From Candidatus Bathyarchaeota archaeon (lineage in GTDB: Archaea > Thermoproteota > Bathyarchaeia > TCS64 > PIYN01): 64,000 nucleotides of DNA. The translations under genes were made by a program, and so were the position numbers. Where the stretch lies: assembly GCA_003601775.1 (NCBI GenBank), contig PIYN01000014.1:10479-74478 (forward strand). The letters run 5' to 3'. This document shows, one piece after another, positions 1-7,689 of this stretch. A model generated the notes under the pieces. That model worked only from the letters and a program-made list of their open reading frames with translations. It was not told the DNA's origin and searched no databases. The number at the start of each line of letters is the position of its first letter. Position 1 is the stretch's first letter.

Positions 1-256
1 GGAAGGTGCGCTCATCCCCCGACCTCGCCGCTATCAGTATCCCCTCCAAGGCCTTGATGTATCCGGCTACGTACTCAAGGTTCTCCTGCCGCTTCCTCTT
101 CGACATGGACCTCCTCCGAGACGGCCTGTGGATCTTGGAGAAGATCAGCCCCAACTCGATGGAGGAGAGCATCCTCTCCGCATCGGCGAACTTCCTCCCC
201 AGGATGTTGTCGAAGAAGGCCACGATATCCTCCTGGGTCTTACCCGTCCCGAGCAT
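1..256 (-). CDS. hypothetical protein, only the N-terminal 85 aa in window (C-terminus lies beyond window start)
   Basis: ATG at 256..254 (minus strand), 4 nt after the radA stop codon. The frame stays open to position 1. Translation is MLGTGKTQEDIVAFFDNILGRKFADAERMLSSIELGLIFSKIHRPSRRR... It is absent from the ORF track because it runs off the window edge. Confidence 0.35.
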   Translation of the reverse strand, partial: MLGTGKTQEDIVAFFDNILGRKFADAERMLSSIELGLIFSKIHRPSRRRSMSKRKRQENLEYVAGYIKALEGILIAARSGDERTF

Positions 257-260
257 CCCC

Positions 261-1250
261 CTACATCACATCCTCGTCGCTCTCTACCCCCCTCTCCGTG
301 ATCCTTATCGGGACCTCCCCCTCGGGGAGGAAGGGGCTGACGGTGAGCCGCGCGATGCGGGTCTCCCCCCTACCCTTGCGGAGGAAGATCCGAGTATGGC
401 TCATATGACCCAGGATATGCCCCCCGACGGGCGCGACCATCTTAGCGAAGAAGACGTCGGGCTGGGCCATCACCTGATTCGTGACGACGGCACAGGCGTT
501 GAAGGCCCTCGCCAGCCGGATGAGCTTATGTAGGTGCTTGTTCAACATCTGCTGCCTCGCGGCCAGCATCTCCCTCCCCAGGTACTCGCTCCTGAAGTGG
601 GAGGTGAGGCTGTCGATGATGATGAGCCTGATGTTGTTCTCCTTGATCACCTCATCTGCATTCTCCAGGAGGATCATCTGGTGGCTGGAGGTATAGGCCT
701 CCGCGTATATGATCCTCTTCAGGGCCTCCTTGGGGTCGAGGCCGAACCTGGGGGCGATCTGCATGATCCTATCCGTCCTGAAGGTATTCTCGGTGTCGAT
801 GTAGAGGGCCCCCCCATCGAGGCCGCCCTTCTCCGGCGGGAGCTGAACAGTTAGGCAGAGCTGCTGGCAGATCTGCGACTTCCCGGTCCCGAACTCCCCG
901 TAGAACTCAGTGATGGACTGGGTCTCGATCCCCCCAGCGAGGAGCTTGTCGAGGGCGCCGCATCCGGTCGTCAGCCTCCGGACGTTGCTCCTCAACTTGA
1001 TGAGCTCATCCCCCCTCACGAAGGTGATCGCCATGGACTTCCTGGCGGCCTCTATGATCTTCGCGGCCGTCGCCTCCCCGATCCCCGCCGCCGTGACCTC
1101 CTGGACGGCGGCCGTCGCGAGGGACTCGACGGTCTTGAAGCCGATCTGCCTGAGCTTTGAGGCTGTGGCAGGGCCTACCCCTGGGAGGTCCTCCAGGGTC
1201 TTGTACTTCGCCCTATAGTAGTCCATACGCTCCGAGGCCATTTTTCTCAC
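261..1250 (-). CDS. radA: DNA repair and recombination protein RadA (archaeal RecA/Rad51 homologue)
   Basis: 329 aa with N-terminal HhH region (LEDLPGVGPATASKL) and Walker A GEFGTGKSQ. Full-length similarity pattern to archaeal RadA, with no intein insertion. Confidence 0.9.
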   Translation of the reverse strand: MRKMASERMDYYRAKYKTLEDLPGVGPATASKLRQIGFKTVESLATAAVQEVTAAGIGEATAAKIIEAARKSMAITFVRGDELIKLRSNVRRLTTGCGALDKLLAGGIETQSITEFYGEFGTGKSQICQQLCLTVQLPPEKGGLDGGALYIDTENTFRTDRIMQIAPRFGLDPKEALKRIIYAEAYTSSHQMILLENADEVIKENNIRLIIIDSLTSHFRSEYLGREMLAARQQMLNKHLHKLIRLARAFNACAVVTNQVMAQPDVFFAKMVAPVGGHILGHMSHTRIFLRKGRGETRIARLTVSPFLPEGEVPIRITERGVESDEDVM

Positions 1251-1270
1251 ACGAAAAGGGGTCTAAACCT

Positions 1271-1290
1271 TCTTTTTAACTTAACTATCT
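1271..1290 (-). promoter_or_regulatory. putative TATA-box/BRE region for radA (TTAAAAAG on minus strand about 25-40 nt upstream of the ATG)
   Basis: AT-rich hexamer in an otherwise GC-rich intergenic spacer upstream of radA start at 1250. Confidence 0.25.
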
Positions 1291-1350
1291 CGAATAGATC
1301 ATCTACTGTTACCCTGAGCCCTTCTCCTCTTCCCCTCCTCTACAGGCGCC

Positions 1351-1572
1351 CTATTCGCCTCTGCGTCCTTCCTCAGAGCCCTTCTCGTCGACCTCGACTA
1401 TAAGGTGCCCCCTGTAGCCACAGTCCTCACAGACGTAGATGGCAGGGAGAAACCCGAGACCCATCCTCTCCATACGAATATGGCTCTTACCGCATCTGGG
1501 ACAGACTTTAAGGCCACCTCTCCCACGCCTTATCTGCCTCAGGGCCTCGAGGAACTCCCTCAATGTCTTCAA
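1351..1572 (-). CDS. small C4 zinc-ribbon protein (CPRCG...CEDCG), function unknown
   Basis: 73 aa ORF with two CxxC pairs, tightly packed between radA and the SUI1 gene. Confidence 0.45.
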   Translation of the reverse strand: MKTLREFLEALRQIRRGRGGLKVCPRCGKSHIRMERMGLGFLPAIYVCEDCGYRGHLIVEVDEKGSEEGRRGE

Positions 1573-1575
1573 GTC

Positions 1576-1884
1576 CTACTGGACCTCTATATTCTCAGCT
1601 GGGAAACCCAGCTCGATGAGGATCTCCCTCACAGCCTCCCTGTGGTCTCCCTGGAGGAGGATCTTCTGGTTCTTCGCGGTCCCACCACATGCACACTTGG
1701 ACTTCAGCTTGGCCGCCAACTTGCTCAGCTTCATCTTCTTAGAATCGATCCCGTCGATGACCGTCATCGTCTTCCCCCACTTCCGCACCTCCAGCCTTAT
1801 ACGAATCCTCTGCTGCTCCTTCTCCATCTCCCCGCAGACACAAAGGTCCTTGGGCAGCCCGCAGACAGGACAGATCTCCGCCAT
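1576..1884 (-). CDS. translation initiation factor aIF1 / SUI1 homologue
   Basis: 102 aa with N-terminal CPVCGLPKDLCVCG zinc knuckle followed by a SUI1 fold region (IRIRLEVRKWGKTMTVIDGI...LQGDHREAVREILIELGF) typical of archaeal SUI1. Confidence 0.85.
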   Translation of the reverse strand: MAEICPVCGLPKDLCVCGEMEKEQQRIRIRLEVRKWGKTMTVIDGIDSKKMKLSKLAAKLKSKCACGGTAKNQKILLQGDHREAVREILIELGFPAENIEVQ

Positions 1885-1939
1885 TATCTGGAGAGGATGT
1901 ACCCATAGGGCTATTTAAGCTTTGACGCTAATTCTCCAG

Positions 1940-2560
1940 TTATGAGGGCTGGAAGTATCTCTGGAGGAGGGAGAAGGCCTCCAGGGCGTCCTTCGCGTCG
2001 AGGATGATGACCGTGTTGGTGAAGCAGGAGATGAACTCGAGGATGTTGATGTTCCTCCCCGCGAGGAGCTGGGTGATGAAGGCGACGAACCCAGGCGTCC
2101 TCTCGACCTCAGGCGGACTCGTCAGGATGAGGGCCACCAGGTTGCTCGTGACCTCGACGTCCTCCCCCAGTGCATCCTCGTCCTTTAGCTCCGTCTGGTC
2201 GACTATGTAGACGTGGCTATCCGTCAGGTGGGCGGTGAAGAGATAGGGGATCTTTAACTCCTCGCGGGAGATGATCACAGCTATCTTATCCTGTAGCCGG
2301 ACCTTCGTCCTCCGCAGCAGGTCTATCACCTTCTCCTCCTGCAGCCCCTTCCTCCGGGCCAGCTCATCCCTGACCCTGAGCACAGCAGCCTTAACGGCCT
2401 CGGGGCTCCCCCTCCCAATCTCCTCGTGCAGCATCCTGGAGAGGGCTGAGTAGTTCACTATGTTCAGCCTCAGCGCGTCGACGAGGAAGGGCCTCTTCTC
2501 CAGGATCTCCTTCACGAGTCGTGCGACCGATTTTGACTTATTTGAAACACTATTGCTCAT
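1940..2560 (-). CDS. putative amino-acid-responsive transcriptional regulator (N-terminal wHTH plus C-terminal ACT-like domain)
   Basis: 206 aa. The N-terminal helix-rich DNA-binding-like region and C-terminal beta-alpha-beta-beta-alpha pattern resemble archaeal ACT-domain regulators of amino acid metabolism. It is divergent from argG. Confidence 0.5.
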   Translation of the reverse strand: MSNSVSNKSKSVARLVKEILEKRPFLVDALRLNIVNYSALSRMLHEEIGRGSPEAVKAAVLRVRDELARRKGLQEEKVIDLLRRTKVRLQDKIAVIISREELKIPYLFTAHLTDSHVYIVDQTELKDEDALGEDVEVTSNLVALILTSPPEVERTPGFVAFITQLLAGRNINILEFISCFTNTVIILDAKDALEAFSLLQRYFQPS

Positions 2561-2576
2561 ATCTGCATTAAATATG

Positions 2577-2594
2577 TCATAAAATATATAAATT
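2577..2594 (+). promoter_or_regulatory. shared arg promoter motif TCATAAAATATATAAATT (copy 1, upstream of argG and of the divergent regulator gene)
   Basis: Identical 18-mer also at 5469..5486 upstream of argF. It contains a TATA-like ATATATAAA core about 45 nt upstream of the argG ATG. Confidence 0.45.
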
Positions 2595-2632
2595 TATTCC
2601 ATGATCCTTCTCTAAGCCTCTGGGAAGAGTGG

Positions 2633-3871
2633 ATGAGAATGGTGAAGAAGGTCGTCTTGGCCTATTCGGGCGGCCTGGACACGTCCGTCATGGTCAAGTG
2701 GATCCAGGAGCACTATGGGAGTGAGGTGGTGACCGTCACCCTCGACGTGGGGCAGGGGAAGGACCTGAAGGCGATCGAGGAGAAGGCCTGGATGCTCGGG
2801 GTCGTGAACCATTACTCCATCGACGCAAGGGAGGAGTTCGTGAACGACTACGTCGTCCCCGCCATCAAGGCGAACGCCCTGTACATGGATGCCTACCCCG
2901 TGAGCAGCTCCCTCTCCAGGCCCCTCATAGCGTCGAAGCTGGTGGAGGTCGCGGAGAAGGAGGGTGCCGACGCGGTGGCCCATGGGTGTACTGGGAAGGG
3001 GAACGACCAGGTGAGGTTTGATATCACGATAAAGTCGCTGAACCCTGACCTCAGGATAATTGCGCCGGTCAGGGAGTGGAATATGACGAGGGATAAGGAG
3101 ATCGAGTGGGCGAAGGAGCACGGCGTCCCCGTCCCAGTCACGGCGGACTCCCCCTACAGTATCGACCAGAACCTATGGGGGCGGTCCATAGAGTGCGGCA
3201 TCATAGAGCACCCCGACGTGGAGCCCCCCGAGGAGGTCTTCGAGTGGACTGCCCCCATAGAGGAGACGCCCGACGAGCCCGAGTACATCACCATAGGCTT
3301 CGAGGAGGGGGCGCCCGCCTCCCTCAACGGGGAGGAGATGACCCCCCTGGAGATCATCGAGGAGGTCCAGGGGATAGCCGGGAAGCATGGAGTCGGGCGC
3401 ATAGACCACATGGAGGATCGGATAGTCGGCCTGAAGTCCCGTGAGGTATATGAGGCCCCGGCCGCCACCGTCATCCTGAAGGCTCATGCCGATTTGGAGA
3501 AGATGGTGCTGACCCGCCACGAGAAGCTCTTCAAGAGGCACGTCGACCACGAGTGGGCCGTGCTGGTCTACACTGGGCTCTGGATGGACCCCCTCAAGGA
3601 GGCCCTCGACGCCTTCATAGAGAAGACCCAGGAGAGGGTGACGGGTGAGGTGACCGTCAAGCTCTTCAAGGGGAACGCCCAGGTGGTGGGGAGGTCCTCC
3701 CCCTCCTCCCTCTACGACCTCAGCCTCGCGACCTACGATATCACCACCACCTTCGATCAGACCGCTGCAATCGGGTTCATCGAGCTCTGGGGGCTGCCGA
3801 CCGTCACTTACTGGGCCCTGAAGAGGAAGCAGGGGCGGGTTCCTCTCCAACAGAGGACGGCGATACCTTAG
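2633..3871 (+). CDS. argG: argininosuccinate synthase
   Basis: PP-loop AYSGGLDTS near the N-terminus and the ArgG signature GCTGKGNDQVRF; about 410 aa. The start is possibly the second ATG at 2639 (MVKKVVLAYSGG). Confidence 0.93.
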   Translation: MRMVKKVVLAYSGGLDTSVMVKWIQEHYGSEVVTVTLDVGQGKDLKAIEEKAWMLGVVNHYSIDAREEFVNDYVVPAIKANALYMDAYPVSSSLSRPLIASKLVEVAEKEGADAVAHGCTGKGNDQVRFDITIKSLNPDLRIIAPVREWNMTRDKEIEWAKEHGVPVPVTADSPYSIDQNLWGRSIECGIIEHPDVEPPEEVFEWTAPIEETPDEPEYITIGFEEGAPASLNGEEMTPLEIIEEVQGIAGKHGVGRIDHMEDRIVGLKSREVYEAPAATVILKAHADLEKMVLTRHEKLFKRHVDHEWAVLVYTGLWMDPLKEALDAFIEKTQERVTGEVTVKLFKGNAQVVGRSSPSSLYDLSLATYDITTTFDQTAAIGFIELWGLPTVTYWALKRKQGRVPLQQRTAIP

Positions 3872-5371
3872 GTCGGGTCCAACGTCGATAGGTAGCCCTC
3901 AACAGCCTTCCTCAGGCGCCTCTTAGCCGCCTCCACGGCGGACCTCTTCCCCTCCAACTCGCCTCTACACGCCTCAAGCCTCTTCCGCCGGTCCCTGAGC
4001 ATCCTCTCCACCTCCTCCGGCCGTGGACCTCCTCGTGACCTCCTCCTCGAGAGGCTGGAGAGGGGGTCGGTCACCTCTCTGAGGAACCCCTCATCCACCT
4101 CGACCCGTCTCCCGAGGACCCTGAACGAGGCCTCCGCCACCTCATCCGGCTTGAGGTCGCGGAGGCTCCCGCCCTCCTCCAGCGTCTTCTTCACGAGGGC
4201 CGCGACGAGCCAAGGGGAGTCCCTTCTCCGCGACGAGGCCCTCCGCGACGTCGAGGGCGATGGCGAGGCTCCCCTCAACTGCCTCTCGCATCCGACCCTC
4301 CCTCACCTTCAGGGTGGAGATGATGCCCGTCATGACCTCGAGGCACGTCTTAACAGTGTCGAGGCACCTCCAGAGGGGGGGCTTCGTACCCTGCAGGTCC
4401 TGATAGTAGCCGCTGGGGACCCCCTTCACCATCGTCAGCAGCTCCATCAGGGCGCCGTAGACCTCCCCCGTCTTCCCTCGGATGAGCTCCAGGGTCGAGG
4501 GGTTCTTCTTCTGGGGCATGATGCTCGAGGAGGAGGAGTACTCGTCGGCGACCTCGACGTAGCCGAACTCCGCCGTGGACCACTCGATGAGGTCTGCGGC
4601 GACGCGGCTCAGATGGGACATGAGGATCGCGGAGACGGAGGCCGTCTCGATGGCCCAGTCCCTCCCACTCGTCGCGTCGATGGAGTTCTCGACGAGGCCG
4701 TCGAAGCCCAAGAGCTCCGTCGTCCTCCCCCTGTCGATGTTGATGCTGGTGCCGCCCACGGGCCCGGACCCGAGGGGGTTCCTGTTGACCCTGCCGTAGC
4801 AGTCCATGAGGCGCTGGAAGTCGCGGAGGAGGGCGTCGGCGTAGGCCATCAGGTAGTGGGCGAAGGTCCCGATCTGTGCATGCTGGCCGTGGGTATAGAG
4901 GATCATCACCGTCTCCCTGTGCCGATCTGCCTTCTCCAGGAGGGCCTCGACGAAGTCCAGGACTCTCTCACCCATCTCCAGGATCTCGTCCCTGACCCTG
5001 AGGCGTACGTCGACCATCACCTGGTCGTTTCGACTGCGTCCCGTGTGGAGCATCCCCCCCGCCTCTATGCCTATCTTCTTGATGACCCGGGCCTCGATGT
5101 ACTCGTGGATGTCCTCGAACTCCGCCCCTATCTCCACCTCACCCCTCCGCCACTCGCCCCGGATCTCCTCCAGCGCGGAGAGGATGAGCTTCAACGCCTC
5201 TAAGGGGATGACGCCCTGCTCGTGGAGCATGATGTCATGGGCCTCCGTCCCATCTATGTCGTCCTCGAAGATCCTGAGGTCCTCGACGACGGAGGTATGG
5301 AACCGGGCGGTCCTATCATCGAACCTCTTATCCAGCCTCGACCTGAACAAGCTGCCCGTCAGGGATACCAC
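3868..5371 (-). pseudogene. argH: argininosuccinate lyase, reading frame split by a frameshift near 4200-4240 (ORFs 4142..5371 and 3868..4278)
   Basis: The upstream ORF carries the fumarate-lyase signature GSSIMPQKKNPS and ends ...LVAEKGLP then reads out of frame. The remaining C-terminus (...LVAALVKKTLEEGGSLRDLKPDEV...) continues in another frame in the overlapping ORF. Confidence 0.8.
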
Positions 5372-5468
5372 CGAACACCTATAATCTTCTTACGACTAAA
5401 AAGCATACGGATCTGCCCATGAAGTCATCTCATATGTGACAGTTTTGAGTGCAATTGCAACATTCATA

Positions 5469-5486
5469 TCATAAAATATATAAATT
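5469..5486 (+). promoter_or_regulatory. shared arg promoter motif TCATAAAATATATAAATT (copy 2, between divergent argH and argF)
   Basis: Exact repeat of 2577..2594, about 55-70 nt upstream of the argF start. Confidence 0.45.
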
Positions 5487-5540
5487 CGTTGTAGGGTTTG
5501 TCCTCTGAAATCCTTGGAGAGAGGTTGAGTAGGTGATGGG

Positions 5541-6476
5541 GTGGACGAGGGGAGGCGAATGGTCAGGCATCTTTTAAGCGACTTCGACCTCAACAGGGAG
5601 GAGATCCTGGAGATCCTGGACCTCGCCGAGGAGATGAAAGGGGACCCGGGTAGATATGGGGATGCGCTCAGGGGGAAGACCCTGGTCATGCTCTTCGAGC
5701 TGCCGTCCCTCAGGACGAGGGTCTCCTTCGAGGCGGCTATGACCCAGATGGGGGGACACGCCATCTTCTACAGCATCGCCGGAGGGAGCTTCACGAGGGG
5801 CGAGACCCTGAGGGACGGCGTGAGGGTCCTGAGCAGGTACGCCGACTGCATCATGGCCCGGGTCTTGAGGCAGGAGGACATCGAGAGGATCGGGGAGGTG
5901 GCCTCCGTCCCCGTCATCAACGGGATGACGATGAAGTACCACCCCTGCCAGAACATCGCTGACCTCCTCACCATCAGGGAGAAGAAGGGGACCTTGAAGG
6001 GTCTGAAGATCGCCTACGTGGGAGACGGCGGGTGCAACACGGCCCACTCCACCATCATCGGCTGCAGCAACGTCGGGATGGACGTGACGGTCGTCTGCCC
6101 GGAGGGGGCGAGGTACAGCCCCGACCCCGAGATCCTGAGGAGGGCGAGGGAGCGGGCGTCGGGGAGGATAGAGGTCTGCCACGACCCCCTCGAGGGCGTG
6201 GAGGGGGCGGACGTCATCTACACGGATACCTGGATCAGCGCGGGAATGGAGGAGGAGAAGGAGGAGCGGATGAGGGTCTTCCCACCCTTCCAAGTCAACT
6301 CGGAGCTGGTGGGGAGGGCGAAGGAGGACTGCATCGTGATGCACTGCCTCCCAGCCCATAGGGGCTACGAGATCACGGACGAGGTGATGGACGCCCCCTA
6401 CTCCGCCGTCCTCGACCAGGCCGGGAACAGGATGCACACAGAGAAGGCGATCATCTACTGGCTCCTGAGGCAGTGA
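5541..6476 (+). CDS. argF: ornithine carbamoyltransferase
   Basis: Carbamoyl-phosphate binding motif SLRTR (within ...LFELPSLRTRVSFEAAMTQMGG) plus HPCQ and HCLP motifs; 311 aa. An alternative ATG at 5559 (MVRHLL) is preceded by GGAGG. Confidence 0.92.
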   Translation: MDEGRRMVRHLLSDFDLNREEILEILDLAEEMKGDPGRYGDALRGKTLVMLFELPSLRTRVSFEAAMTQMGGHAIFYSIAGGSFTRGETLRDGVRVLSRYADCIMARVLRQEDIERIGEVASVPVINGMTMKYHPCQNIADLLTIREKKGTLKGLKIAYVGDGGCNTAHSTIIGCSNVGMDVTVVCPEGARYSPDPEILRRARERASGRIEVCHDPLEGVEGADVIYTDTWISAGMEEEKEERMRVFPPFQVNSELVGRAKEDCIVMHCLPAHRGYEITDEVMDAPYSAVLDQAGNRMHTEKAIIYWLLRQ

Positions 6477-6558
6477 GGGAGTTCCATGGCGATCCAGGCG
6501 TTGGAGGCAGCCAGGGATGGGGTCCAGAGGGCTTCCCCCAGAGGAGGGGGAAAGGCCC

Positions 6559-7689
6559 ATGAAGCCTGTCTATAGGGCCGCCCTGGCGCTTGAGGACGGC
6601 TCGGTCTTTTTAGGATCCGGTTTCGGCTACCCCTGCGAGGTCTCAGGGGAGGTCGTCTTCAACACCGGGATGGTCGGCTACCCCGAGTCCCTGACCGATC
6701 CATCCTACTCCGGGCAGATCCTCGTCCAGACCTATCCCCTCATAGGGAACTACGGGGTCCCCTCCAGGGACATCGTGGACGGTTTCGGCCTGCCTCTGCA
6801 CTTCGAGTCCGATAGGATCCAGGTCAGGGGATACGTCGTCCACTCCCTCTCCCGGCATCCGAGCCACTGGTCCTCGAAGCGCCCCCTCAGCGAATGGCTC
6901 TACGAGGAGAGGATCCCCGGCCTCTCCGGGATAGATACAAGGAGATTGACGAAGAAGCTGAGGGTGAAGGGGACGATGCTCGGCGTCCTCAAGGTCGCCG
7001 AGGAGATCGACTTGGACGAGCTGGTCGGAAAGGTCAAGGAGGTCGAGGACCCGAATGAGGGGGACCTCGTCGCGGGCGTCACCGTCGAGGAGCCCGTCTT
7101 CCACGGGGCCGAGAGGTCCCCGAGGGTCGTCGTGATAGACTGTGGGGTGAAGTACGGGATACTGAGGGAGCTCCTGGCGAGGGGGGTGGGGGTGGTGAGG
7201 GTCCCCTACGACTACCCGCTCGACGGGATACTGGACCTCGACCCCTCAGGCATCGTGATCTCCAACGGCCCCGGGGATCCGAAGAGATGCGTCGAGACGA
7301 TAAGGACGGTGGAGGGGCTCCTTGAGACAGGCCTTCCCGTGATGGGGATCTGCCTTGGCAACCAGCTCCTCGCCCTCGCCGCCGGGGCCGATACCTATAA
7401 GCTCAAGTTCGGACATAGGGGGCAGAACCACCCCTGCCTCGACCTGTCCAGCGGCAGGTGCTACATCACGAGCCAGAACCACGGCTTCGCCGTTGACGCC
7501 GAGAGCCTGAGGGGGACGGGCTTCGAGGTCTCCTTCATCAACGCCAACGACAGGAGCGTCGAGGGGATCAGGCACGGGGAGAAGCCCGTCTTCGCGTCCC
7601 AGTTCCACCCAGAGGGGTCGCCTGGGCCCTACGACACGACCTTCCTCTTCGACGATTTCCTGAGGGAGGTGAGGGGATGCCGAGGTTAG
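6559..7689 (+). CDS. carA: carbamoyl-phosphate synthase small (glutamine amidotransferase) subunit
   Basis: CarA N-terminal domain (MKPVYRAALALEDGSVFLGSGFG) and class-I GATase catalytic motif GICLGNQLL. The ATG at 6559 is preceded by GGAGG. The ORF track extends it to 6517. Confidence 0.9.
   Translation: MKPVYRAALALEDGSVFLGSGFGYPCEVSGEVVFNTGMVGYPESLTDPSYSGQILVQTYPLIGNYGVPSRDIVDGFGLPLHFESDRIQVRGYVVHSLSRHPSHWSSKRPLSEWLYEERIPGLSGIDTRRLTKKLRVKGTMLGVLKVAEEIDLDELVGKVKEVEDPNEGDLVAGVTVEEPVFHGAERSPRVVVIDCGVKYGILRELLARGVGVVRVPYDYPLDGILDLDPSGIVISNGPGDPKRCVETIRTVEGLLETGLPVMGICLGNQLLALAAGADTYKLKFGHRGQNHPCLDLSSGRCYITSQNHGFAVDAESLRGTGFEVSFINANDRSVEGIRHGEKPVFASQFHPEGSPGPYDTTFLFDDFLREVRGCRG

Noticed and set aside
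6-533. 175-aa plus-strand ORF at the window start
   Set aside because: Antisense to radA and to the downstream coupled ORF; low-complexity translation.
5574-6560. 328-aa minus-strand ORF antisense to argF
   Set aside because: Low-complexity Pro/Gly/Arg/Asp-rich translation typical of the reverse frame of a GC-rich gene; fully overlaps the well-supported argF.
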